Position numbers and translations under genes: made by a program. Below, piece after piece: positions 1-8,214 of a DNA stretch of 22,183 nucleotides; within the stretch, counting starts at the first letter, position 1, and the number at the start of each line of letters is the position of its first letter. Under the pieces are notes generated by a model. That model was given only the letters and a program-made list of their open reading frames with translations. It did no database searches and was not told the DNA's origin. Source of the DNA: Candidatus Odinarchaeia archaeon (GTDB lineage: Archaea > Asgardarchaeota > Odinarchaeia > Odinarchaeales > Odinarchaeaceae); the NCBI GenBank assembly GCA_029856525.1, contig JAHQXC010000013.1, positions 1-22,183 on the forward strand, in the 5' to 3' direction.

Positions 1-1637
1 TCGTTTTTCTCCGCGGCGATTAAAAATTTTGGCTGGTAGAGTGCTTTAAGACTTGGAGTGAATGAGATTTTAGAATAAATCCTTGCCGTGTTTTTAGCCC
101 CTGAAGCCTCCACTCTAACTTTGAACGGTATCCCATTGTAATATAACATTGTACTTATGAGTATAGCTGAAAAAGGTGCTTTTAACAAGTCGAACGGATA
201 GGCTACTAAACGGAATACAGTCCAACTTGGAACTTGAAGCAGCGCTGTTCTCGGTGTGAAAACATTGAAATCTATTATTTTTATCGCAGCAGGCGCAGGG
301 ACAACCCAGTAACTACTCCGCCCGTATATGAAAGGTATATCTATATTCAGGATAATTATTGTTATGAATAAGGATAAAATAAAAGAGATTATGATTGCTA
401 GATGAAGTTTAGCCGGTGAACTTCTAGTTAAATAAGCTGATGAGATACTCCATCCGAGTAATCCTATAAAGGTTAACGTGAAGCTTAGAATTATATTAAA
501 CTCTAATGAGATTTGCTGTGTGAAGCCTGGTCCGATAGGGTTTTCGAAAAGAAATTGGTTGAAGAATGTACTTCCAACACCTGTTGTAAACAACCAGAGA
601 ATTGATAGAGCGAAATTTAAAACCAGTATTATAAAGAAGAGGAATACCCCTATTATCAGACTATAACTTTTAGATTCATCGATTAATTTTTCCACTGCTT
701 CAGGTTTAGAATTATCTTTCTTTATTGAATTTGATATTTTAACCAGTAGGAAAGTTGATAAGCTTTCGTATAATGGAAGGAATGCGGCGAATACTACTGT
801 GCTCATCGCATAATATGAAACAAAATATATTATTGTAGGTATTGAAGCAGGATTCTGCTGGATGAAGAGGATTATACTTAAACCGGATAACACTGCTCCT
901 ATGGATATTAAATAGTAGAAGACTGACTGTCTTATTTTATCTCCGAAAAACTTTCCTTCATAGGAGACTTTGCTGAAGTATAATAAGTGCACAGCGGTTA
1001 TCGGAACTAGTAAATATACTATAAACACTTCTATAAACCAGCCTAGCTCAGAGGACGGGGCTAGTGTATCCGTCACCCCGGTTACAGCTGATAAAACTCC
1101 TGTTAAAAGATATAATGATAACGGTAACAGGACTATTAGCAGTTTTATAAGCTCTTTTTCATCACTCCATGAATTGGTTTCAAGTCTTTCTCTGATAGTT
1201 TTAAGAGGGTTATCTTTCAGCTCGTATCCTATTCTAAAAAATTTCTCTCTAACCCCTCCCCTCTCCCCTCTTAAATGAAATATGATGATTAAAACAGCTA
1301 CTACAGGAGCGCCTACAAATATGAAAGGCCATGAGCTTATTAAAAAATTGAATATGTTTAAGAATATATCCAATGTCATTGTTAGATAGTAACCTAAAAC
1401 AGCTAAGACTTCAACAGGTGTTGTAGCAGTTAAAAGATTAGTAGAGGCTTTACCGCTTAATTGAAATAAAACAGCTGGGAGAATATCGTAGAAAACCCAG
1501 AAGAATACAAAGCAGACTAATAGTCTAATATATAGCGCTCTCCAAACCGGTTTATTTTTCACTAGAGGGTAAGGTGTTAAAGCTGCTAGAATCGGGGTTA
1601 TATTGAAAGCCGCGGATATAAGAGCCTCTAAAACCAT
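1..1637 (-). CDS. Multi-pass integral membrane protein of unknown function (about 11-12 hydrophobic segments, >545 aa, 3' end runs off the window)
   Basis: Absent from the ORF track because it has no stop in the window. Manual translation from ATG at 1637 (MVLEALISAAFNITPILAALTPYPLVKNKPVWRALYIRLLVCFVFFWVFYDILPAVLF...) stays open to position 1 (...SLKALYQPKFLIAAEKN). GAGGAGGT lies just upstream. Long hydrophobic stretches alternate with charged loops. Confidence 0.85.
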   Translation of the reverse strand, partial: MVLEALISAAFNITPILAALTPYPLVKNKPVWRALYIRLLVCFVFFWVFYDILPAVLFQLSGKASTNLLTATTPVEVLAVLGYYLTMTLDIFLNIFNFLISSWPFIFVGAPVVAVLIIIFHLRGERGGVREKFFRIGYELKDNPLKTIRERLETNSWSDEKELIKLLIVLLPLSLYLLTGVLSAVTGVTDTLAPSSELGWFIEVFIVYLLVPITAVHLLYFSKVSYEGKFFGDKIRQSVFYYLISIGAVLSGLSIILFIQQNPASIPTIIYFVSYYAMSTVVFAAFLPLYESLSTFLLVKISNSIKKDNSKPEAVEKLIDESKSYSLIIGVFLFFIILVLNFALSILWLFTTGVGSTFFNQFLFENPIGPGFTQQISLEFNIILSFTLTFIGLLGWSISSAYLTRSSPAKLHLAIIISFILSLFITIIILNIDIPFIYGRSSYWVVPAPAAIKIIDFNVFTPRTALLQVPSWTVFRLVAYPFDLLKAPFSAILISTMLYYNGIPFKVRVEASGAKNTARIYSKISFTPSLKALYQPKFLIAAEKN

Positions 1638-1640
1638 TAA

Positions 1641-1648
1641 ACCTCCTC
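1641..1648 (-). promoter_or_regulatory. Shine-Dalgarno site (GAGGAGGT) of the membrane protein gene
   Basis: Reverse complement of acctcctc, 3 nt before ATG 1637. Confidence 0.7.
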
Positions 1649-1773
1649 TTTAAAATAGGTTTTAAATGGAGAATATATATTCCATAGCTTTATTACCTTT
1701 TTATATTTTTACTTATAATACTTATAAAACAGTTAAATAAAAACAGTTCTGTAGCCTTAAATACTAGGCTGGT

Positions 1774-2505
1774 GTGAGTTTGAAGTTTGAAATAGACCGG
1801 AAATTTCTTAGTAGAATATTATCTAAGGAAGGTTTTAAAACTCTCGATTGTTTATTAAACGATGAAGAAATAAAGGAGATTTACGAAATCGGGGATTTAA
1901 TGGCTAGACTCGAGCATGAAACACCACACGATCACTCTCATGCTATAAGAGCTATGTGTATTTGCGCTGAACTTATAAAGCTTATTCAACGAACGAATCT
2001 CAGCTTAGAAGTCTATAAATTACTTGATAATAAATCTATGAATTTAGCGCTTCTTACAGCAAGCTACCTGCATGATATAGGTAATTTTATAAATAGAGAG
2101 GAGCACGCATTAGCGGGAGCGATGTTAGCGTTTAACATATTAGATAAATATTTCAAGGAGTTAGATCAAGGGCATCTTATTAAAAGCGTTGTTTGCCATG
2201 CGATAGCTGAGCATTCTCCTAGAAAAGTTTTACCTAGCACAGCTTATTCTTCAATAGTAGCTTTATCAGATAAACTTGACATCTCTCATATGAGGGTCTC
2301 AGGCTATAAGCCTTCAACTTTTAAAGAGTATTCTACCGGTGATGTTTTAAATATAGAGCTTAAACGATTGAAAGGGCGGATAATTATAGAAATAACTATA
2401 AGCCACCCCAGTGGATTATACAGGGTTGAAAACCTTAGAAACTATCTTAACATATATGATTTAATAAATAGATACTTTGAGATTACAGTTAAAAATGCTT
2501 TCTAG
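1774..2505 (+). CDS. HD-superfamily metal-dependent phosphohydrolase
   Basis: Motifs PHDHSHAIRA (first His), YLHDIGN (HD), REEH, IAEH and LSDKLD (terminal Asp) give the full metal-ligand set. Start is GTG 1774 or TTG 1780. Confidence 0.85.
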   Translation: MSLKFEIDRKFLSRILSKEGFKTLDCLLNDEEIKEIYEIGDLMARLEHETPHDHSHAIRAMCICAELIKLIQRTNLSLEVYKLLDNKSMNLALLTASYLHDIGNFINREEHALAGAMLAFNILDKYFKELDQGHLIKSVVCHAIAEHSPRKVLPSTAYSSIVALSDKLDISHMRVSGYKPSTFKEYSTGDVLNIELKRLKGRIIIEITISHPSGLYRVENLRNYLNIYDLINRYFEITVKNAF

Positions 2506-3599
2506 CTTTTCATCAACTCTTCTAGTTTAACAGTCCATTGTTTAATCGCTTTATTCAACTCTTTAAGCTCTTCACCGGTTATTTCATTCTTCGACTTAAT
2601 CCGGCTAATCCAAGCGTTAACGCTTATTAAAATAGGATGATTAGGGGGGATGAAGCGCTCCAAGCCGTTTTTAATAGAGATAATACTCTCTAATAATTGG
2701 TTTTCCTCTAGATAGGTGGCTGTTTCACCACTAACCTTCTCCAACCCCTGTAAAATATATGTTTCACAGATCTCCTTAAACACTTTTAAAATCTCATCTC
2801 TATCAGCTAAACTCCTAGATTTTATAGGGTATGTTTTGAAACCTAGAATATTTCCGACTACCCCTGCGTCTAAAGCATCCTTTCTATCCTGCATGTTAGC
2901 TAAACCCACCACCATGGTAGTTTCACTTACATGTTTTTTAAATGAGCCCCAACTCTCCATTGTAGCTAACAGATTAGGGGTTGTAGAGTCTGTCACTATT
3001 AAAATTATATCGCATCCGGATGCATATCTCTCCCACAGCCATCGATGCTCCTCTCTACCAGGTAGATCCCATAAGTTGACAACAGCCTCGCTTGTTATAT
3101 CAGTTAAAGTGTTTCCGTTAGCATCATTTGAAGGAATGTATACTTTGCTAGGCTCCTCTCTGTTTAAAATTTTGAATATAGAGGTTTTACCTGTATTCGG
3201 TTCACCTATCATAATCACTTTAAGAGATAGTGTGGGTGAAGTTATAAGCCTGGTTAAAATCTCGCTGAAGCCCTCTTTCTCATCTTCCGGTACCCCTCTC
3301 TCATTATCCCCATATCTGCGCCGGTATCTTTTAATTATTCTCGAAGCGTAATCTTCTAATACGTTTTCAATATCATCTATGTCTGAAAAAACCACTGCCG
3401 CGATCTCGCCCTCCACTTTAAAAACTATTTTAATGTTACCGATTATTAAATAGGCGAGTTTACTATCTGTTTTCTCTGTTTTTCTAATAATAGCTGTAAT
3501 AATACTCTCCTCGAAGACGTCGAAACTATTTTTCTCATTGAAAACCTTTTGAAATAGTTTTTTACCTGTTTTATGATAGATCTCAATTTTATTTATCAT
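2502..3599 (-). CDS. Longin-like domain fused to an Arf-like small GTPase with a helical C-terminal extension
   Basis: GTPase motifs: G1 GEPNTGKT, G3 WDLPGR, Arf-type RWLWERY and IIVTDS-like IILIVTDS, G4-like LANMQD. The N-terminal ~120 aa show a beta-hairpin/helix/3 strands/2 helices pattern (IEIYHKTGKKLF...LIIGNIKIVFKVEGEIAAVVFSD) typical of longin folds. Confidence 0.8.
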   Translation of the reverse strand: MINKIEIYHKTGKKLFQKVFNEKNSFDVFEESIITAIIRKTEKTDSKLAYLIIGNIKIVFKVEGEIAAVVFSDIDDIENVLEDYASRIIKRYRRRYGDNERGVPEDEKEGFSEILTRLITSPTLSLKVIMIGEPNTGKTSIFKILNREEPSKVYIPSNDANGNTLTDITSEAVVNLWDLPGREEHRWLWERYASGCDIILIVTDSTTPNLLATMESWGSFKKHVSETTMVVGLANMQDRKDALDAGVVGNILGFKTYPIKSRSLADRDEILKVFKEICETYILQGLEKVSGETATYLEENQLLESIISIKNGLERFIPPNHPILISVNAWISRIKSKNEITGEELKELNKAIKQWTVKLEELMKS

Positions 3600-3714
3600 T
3601 TTAACACCGTGTTCTCACTGCTTTTATAATACTTATATATTATTACCCACTAATAAATAAGCTAATAAATTAAATTTTTATCGTTTAAAACAACTTTCAG
3701 CGAGTTGATGAACG

Positions 3715-4269
3715 GTGAGCGGTCCGTTAAAATTCGTTTATAAAATAGTTGTTTTAGGAGACGGAGGAGTCGGGAAAACATGTTTAACTCTCACATTTGT
3801 TAAAAAAGAGTTTAAAACAGATTATATTCCAACTTTAGGAGTGGATATTTATACTAAAGATTTTAATCTAGGCCAAACCGTGATCACTTTGATTATATGG
3901 GATATTGCAGGTCAACAGAAATTCGATCTAGTTAGAAAACAATATTATAAGGGTACTCAAGGAGCTTTAATCGTATTCGATTTGACTAGAATAAATACTT
4001 TCCACAGCGTTGACACCTGGTATAAGGAGTTAACAGAGAACGCGGGTGAGCGCATCCCCATAGTTCTTCTTGGAAATAAAGTCGACGTAGAGGAGGGGAG
4101 AGAGGTATCAGCTGAGCAGTGTAGTCTACTAGCGAAAAAACTCGGATGCGAATATTTTGATACAAGCGCGAAAACAGGGAAGAATGTGGACCAAGCTTTT
4201 CTAACGCTTTTAAAAAAGATTATTCAATTAAATATAACTAGAAGGGAGAGCGTTAAAAAGGTGTTTTAA
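3715..4269 (+). CDS. Rab-like small GTPase (Ras superfamily)
   Basis: G1 GDGGVGKT, G2 YIPTLGVD, G3 WDIAGQ, YYKGTQGALIVFDLT, G4 GNKVD, G5 TSAK. No C-terminal Cys. Confidence 0.95.
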   Translation: MSGPLKFVYKIVVLGDGGVGKTCLTLTFVKKEFKTDYIPTLGVDIYTKDFNLGQTVITLIIWDIAGQQKFDLVRKQYYKGTQGALIVFDLTRINTFHSVDTWYKELTENAGERIPIVLLGNKVDVEEGREVSAEQCSLLAKKLGCEYFDTSAKTGKNVDQAFLTLLKKIIQLNITRRESVKKVF

Positions 4270-5540
4270 TGTCTATTCGCAGCGAGCTGGAAAACTTAAA
4301 GGTGAAAGCTGAGAAGGCGTTAAGTGAATTAGAAGATAAATATTTTAGAAAAGAAATATCCGAGGATCAGTATAAGAAGTGGAGGAATAGGTTAGAGGAT
4401 TACCTGAGATCTTTGCACAAGCAGATGGAGAGCGCCTCCTCTGAGGATACGCTCTCAGCGGAGCGGGCTTCACTATATGAGAAAAGTGAAACTCAAAAGC
4501 TTTTAACAGCGTTTCTAGATGAGAGACTGAAACGGCTTACACCTATTATGGATAAAGAATACGGTGTCAGATACCCTGAAGCTGAGAGGGTAACCGGTCT
4601 TTCACCTCTTGACACGGTTGCCTTAATAGATCAGCTAGCTGAATCTAATATTCTATCACCGTTAATCTACTCTAAGTCTATTAAATGTCCTAGATGCCGC
4701 TCAAATAATATACTAGCTCAATATGTATGCCCTTACTGTCAATCCCCAGACTTCGATAAAGGAAAAGTTATCGAACATTTTAAATGTCATTACATGGATT
4801 TCGAACTGAAATTTAAAAAAGAAGGCGAGCTTTTATGTCCCCGCTGTAATTCAACGCTTAAAAACCTTGGAGTAGACTACCAGAAGCACGGTCCATGGTT
4901 TAAATGCTCTTCCTGTGGTAAGTTTTTCGATGAACCTTTAGCTACATATAACTGCGGTGACTGCGGGTCTATTTTCGAACTTCAACAAGCCGTTTTTCAA
5001 TCACTTTACTCTTATACTTTGAATATGAATTATATTAGCGAGTATGAGAAAGTGACGATTCCATTAAAGGAACTTGAAAAACAGCTAGCTGAGAAGGGAT
5101 GGGTTTTAAAAACACCCGCCTTCATCATAGGTGTCTCCGGCTTAATGCATCAATTTTCAGCCGCGTTCTGGCTTAAAAAGGAAGGCGGGGATGTTATTCT
5201 ACCAGTTGACCCTGATATAATACTAGAAGTTTTCACATCTTCAACCGGTATAACCGCTGAGAAGGTTCTAAGCTTCGCGGTTAAAGCTCAAGATATTGAT
5301 TGTAGAATAAAATTGCTTGTAGGTATACCGAGATTTGAATCGAAAGCCGTGGAGCTTGCCGAGCATTATAATATTGATCTTCTAACTGTCCGAGACCGGA
5401 AAATGTTTGTTGAAACCGTTGCAAATTATATTTTAAGCAGGGAGGTTTCTGTAAGATTACAGCTTCAGACAGCTGAGACCTCTGCGTTAGAAGATGCTTT
5501 AAAAATATTAGAGGATAAGCTTATAGGTCAAGGCGGGTGA
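4269..5540 (+). CDS. TackOD1-like multi-zinc-finger protein with N-terminal SHOCT-like helical segment and C-terminal Mrr/PD-(D/E)xK-like domain
   Basis: Five CxxC plus one HxxC (CPRC, CPYC, HFKC, CPRC, CSSC, CGDC) with GVRYP and GVDY, matching the TackOD1 (PF18551) pattern as I recall it. N-terminal EISEDQYKKWRNRL. C-terminal GVSGLMHQF...ILEVF...AVELAEHYNIDLL. TAATG overlap with the GTPase gene. Confidence 0.75.
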   Translation: MSIRSELENLKVKAEKALSELEDKYFRKEISEDQYKKWRNRLEDYLRSLHKQMESASSEDTLSAERASLYEKSETQKLLTAFLDERLKRLTPIMDKEYGVRYPEAERVTGLSPLDTVALIDQLAESNILSPLIYSKSIKCPRCRSNNILAQYVCPYCQSPDFDKGKVIEHFKCHYMDFELKFKKEGELLCPRCNSTLKNLGVDYQKHGPWFKCSSCGKFFDEPLATYNCGDCGSIFELQQAVFQSLYSYTLNMNYISEYEKVTIPLKELEKQLAEKGWVLKTPAFIIGVSGLMHQFSAAFWLKKEGGDVILPVDPDIILEVFTSSTGITAEKVLSFAVKAQDIDCRIKLLVGIPRFESKAVELAEHYNIDLLTVRDRKMFVETVANYILSREVSVRLQLQTAETSALEDALKILEDKLIGQGG

Positions 5541-5752
5541 CCGGAAGCAAATCCTGTTTTTAACAAGTTTTTATAGTAAGCTATATATTCGAGACTCGAA
5601 TACGTTTATGAACATAGCTCGCTTCTAATGACAGGCATGGGATGAGAAGAATTTTTTAGTAATTGTAGCGGAGGCCGTGAAGCTTTAGTTGAACGCTAGA
5701 AGTGTAGGCTTAGTCTAGAGGTATCTCGCTCATATTTATTGGCTTATAGTCA

Positions 5753-6856
5753 TCAATCACCGTATAATATGATTCTTCTATCTTTCAAAACAGGTATGCT
5801 CTTCCAAAATAATTTTTCATCTAGAAGGGTTAGCGGGGGGATAAAGTTAATTTTTTCCTCTTCGAATACCGGTAGCAGCCAGTAACTGTCAACTTTATCA
5901 AATAAGTATTCTGTGAACACGCTGTGGATTTTACCAAGCCCTCCGTAAGGTAGTGAAAGGAGAAATATGATCCCGTTTAATTCGCCTTTCAAGGTATAGA
6001 AGCTGCATTCAGGTAATGTGAGAAAACCTTGTAAAATACTTTTAAGTATGTTATCATTCTCTGTTTTCACGATGACCGCTATTCTCTCATTTAAACCAGC
6101 GGCTCTCCAATCTATTCTGTAAAGTTTTTTAATAACATTGTTTTCTGTGAAAAACTTTTTTAAATCGTAAAAAATATGCTTATTAAAATTATAGGTTTCA
6201 GCTAACCGGTTAACCGGCGTCCTAGGGTTTGAAACAAGTCTGATTAAAAATCTTATATTCTTTAAAATGTTTAAGTTACGGCTCTCTTTCTCATCGTCAT
6301 ATGCTATCATATTCATTTTCGGGAATAATCCGGAGATATCCCTGTTTATTAACACGTCTTTTATCATTAAACCCCAGTATAACCATTTAATACGCCACTC
6401 TTGGGTTAAATAATCGAAATAATGAAAGGATATGTTATACCCTTCTGACTTGATATAGGTTATATAACTCTCCTTTATCCAATTCCAGCTTTTCATTAAG
6501 CCGAGAGCTGGTTTAATATGGAAATTCAAAGGAGCAGCGTATTTAGCTAAGATGTATAAAGCCTCTCCTCCTATGCACTTATATAGTTCTAAAAGATAAG
6601 GGTTTTTGAGAGCGGCGATAACTTTATCCGCTTTCAAGTAACGGCATTCTACTAAAACCGTGAAGGGTTTTAAGCCTATCTTAGAATAGTTGACTTGGTA
6701 GGATTCTTCGAGTCTAAAATGCTTTCTAAATTTTTTTAAAGCTCGGAAAACCTTGTCTTTTTTAATCTTAAGATTTTTAGCTAGAAATCTGATGCTCTGG
6801 GAAGGGTTTCTCTGCAATTCATTGATTATGTAAACATCGCCGCTTTTAATCTTCAT
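5753..6856 (-). CDS. Tandem (duplicated) Lrp/AsnC-like winged-HTH transcriptional regulator
   Basis: Two repeats: DVYIINELQRNPSQSIRFLAKNLKIKKDKVFRALKKF...VNYSKIGL and IRFLIRLVSNPRTPVNRLAETYNFN...IDWRAAGL, each followed by a RAM/ferredoxin-like segment. Confidence 0.7.
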   Translation of the reverse strand: MKIKSGDVYIINELQRNPSQSIRFLAKNLKIKKDKVFRALKKFRKHFRLEESYQVNYSKIGLKPFTVLVECRYLKADKVIAALKNPYLLELYKCIGGEALYILAKYAAPLNFHIKPALGLMKSWNWIKESYITYIKSEGYNISFHYFDYLTQEWRIKWLYWGLMIKDVLINRDISGLFPKMNMIAYDDEKESRNLNILKNIRFLIRLVSNPRTPVNRLAETYNFNKHIFYDLKKFFTENNVIKKLYRIDWRAAGLNERIAVIVKTENDNILKSILQGFLTLPECSFYTLKGELNGIIFLLSLPYGGLGKIHSVFTEYLFDKVDSYWLLPVFEEEKINFIPPLTLLDEKLFWKSIPVLKDRRIILYGD

Positions 6857-6929
6857 TTTTAACCCTTTAAAGTTGTATTAGTTTGTTTAAATATTTATTT
6901 TTCATTGTTATTAATAAGGTGGTCTCTTA

Positions 6930-8162
6930 GTGAAGCATCCATCTCTCTGCGTTATATGTAAGGGTTCCAGGCTTTTATGCGGGGAGCGCACGTGCCCGAT
7001 ACTTTTAAAACTCCCTATTTTAAAAAGTGTCAAGAGAATAAAAATATCTAGAGATTTATTTTCGGAGAGCCCTCCAGGTGTATTTGTAGGCCACTATAAT
7101 TACCCTAATGTTTCAATCGGCCCTCTTATCTCTTTGGAGCCGATATCGAAGGTGGCTGACATCGACGAAACTGATAGATGGTTCGGTAAAAGTATTCATG
7201 AAATAATAAGGTTGAGGAGTATGCTCTTCCGCTCCTCGTTTAATTTAAGCCGTGAGACTTTAAATACCAAGCTTTTAGAAAATAGCCTTTTAATATCTAT
7301 GGCTTCTAAGCCTGTTTTAACCTCTGTTAAACTTGAAAAAGTATATTCTACACCTATAAGTTTTGACAGCGTATCCGCGCCTTGGGGTGCTTCAGGTAAA
7401 ATAGCTGAAATTGAAATCGATGAAAACCCTGTTATCCACCCTAAAGTTGATTACGTTCACGGTGATACTGATTTAAATTCGCTTGAAGCTATGCGCTTAT
7501 TATATAAGGAGGGTTTTTCTGTAGGGTTTATAACTCGGATTTTAAGCGCCGGCCTTATAGGGGTTGGTAAAAATAGACGGATTGTTCCAACCAGATGGAG
7601 TATAACTGCAGTCGACTCTAATATTTCTAATATTTTACTAGAGGAGATTAAAACTAACAAGCTTATCGAGGATATCCTCCTATTTAAGTCATCTTATTTA
7701 AACAATGAGTTTCGAATTATCCTATTACCAGCAGCTTGGGCTTTCGAACAACTAGAAGCTTGGTCCCCTGGATCGGTTTGGTCTCAGCAGGCAGCGTCTC
7801 CTATAATAATCGGTGATTTCGAGTTTTATGATGGTAGAAAGGATTATGCATCAGAGGTTGCAGGCGCATACTATGCCGCTAGACTAGCTGTATGCGAATA
7901 CCTTTATAGAATAAGACGTCAGGCCGCTGTTTTAGTTTTAAGAGAGATTCGGCCTGAGTATACTATCCCTGTAGGTGTCTGGCAGATTAGAGAGAATGTG
8001 AGACATGCTTTAAAAAACCCGCCTTTAATTTATAATGATCTCGACGCGGCTTTGAAGGCAGCTTGCATCGGGTTGAATATAAGTTTAAATGACTGGATTA
8101 GTAAAAGCAAATTATACTCGTTTTTCAAAAAGCAAAGACGCTTAAACGAGTTTATATTTTAG
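6930..8162 (+). CDS. nreA: Archaeal Nre-family DNA repair protein (NreA)
   Basis: N-terminal CVICKGSRLLCGERTCP Zn motif, SPPGVFVG, RIVPTRWSITAVD, YYAARLAV, PVGVWQIRENVR, C-terminal PIP box QRRLNEF. AGGTGG SD before the GTG start. Confidence 0.92.
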   Translation: MKHPSLCVICKGSRLLCGERTCPILLKLPILKSVKRIKISRDLFSESPPGVFVGHYNYPNVSIGPLISLEPISKVADIDETDRWFGKSIHEIIRLRSMLFRSSFNLSRETLNTKLLENSLLISMASKPVLTSVKLEKVYSTPISFDSVSAPWGASGKIAEIEIDENPVIHPKVDYVHGDTDLNSLEAMRLLYKEGFSVGFITRILSAGLIGVGKNRRIVPTRWSITAVDSNISNILLEEIKTNKLIEDILLFKSSYLNNEFRIILLPAAWAFEQLEAWSPGSVWSQQAASPIIIGDFEFYDGRKDYASEVAGAYYAARLAVCEYLYRIRRQAAVLVLREIRPEYTIPVGVWQIRENVRHALKNPPLIYNDLDAALKAACIGLNISLNDWISKSKLYSFFKKQRRLNEFIF

Positions 8163-8214
8163 AAAATGTTTAACGATTAGCTTTATATTATTAACTTAAA
8201 AATAGGTTATACAT

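Noticed and set aside
1241-1272. G-rich tract (minus strand GGGG-AGA-GGGG-A-GGGG) as a G-quadruplex
   Set aside because: Only three G-runs, and it is explained by coding for RGERGG
478-1278. Plus-strand ORFs 478..666 and 970..1278
   Set aside because: Antisense shadows of the long minus-strand membrane protein gene, which has an SD and a continuous frame
2716-3351. 211-aa plus-strand ORF
   Set aside because: Lies entirely antisense to the longin-GTPase, is Ser/Leu-rich and has no motifs
5541-5752. Box C/D sRNA, tRNA or decayed fourth operon gene in the gap
   Set aside because: No canonical RUGAUGA/CUGA pair and no cloverleaf. The GTGA-overlap ORF is 8 codons and the other frames carry several stops with no recognisable homology.
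5753-6856. Siroheme decarboxylase (AhbA/B, NirDLGH), which also has Lrp-like folds
   Set aside because: The HxYxR catalytic motif is not visible and no heme biosynthesis genes are nearby
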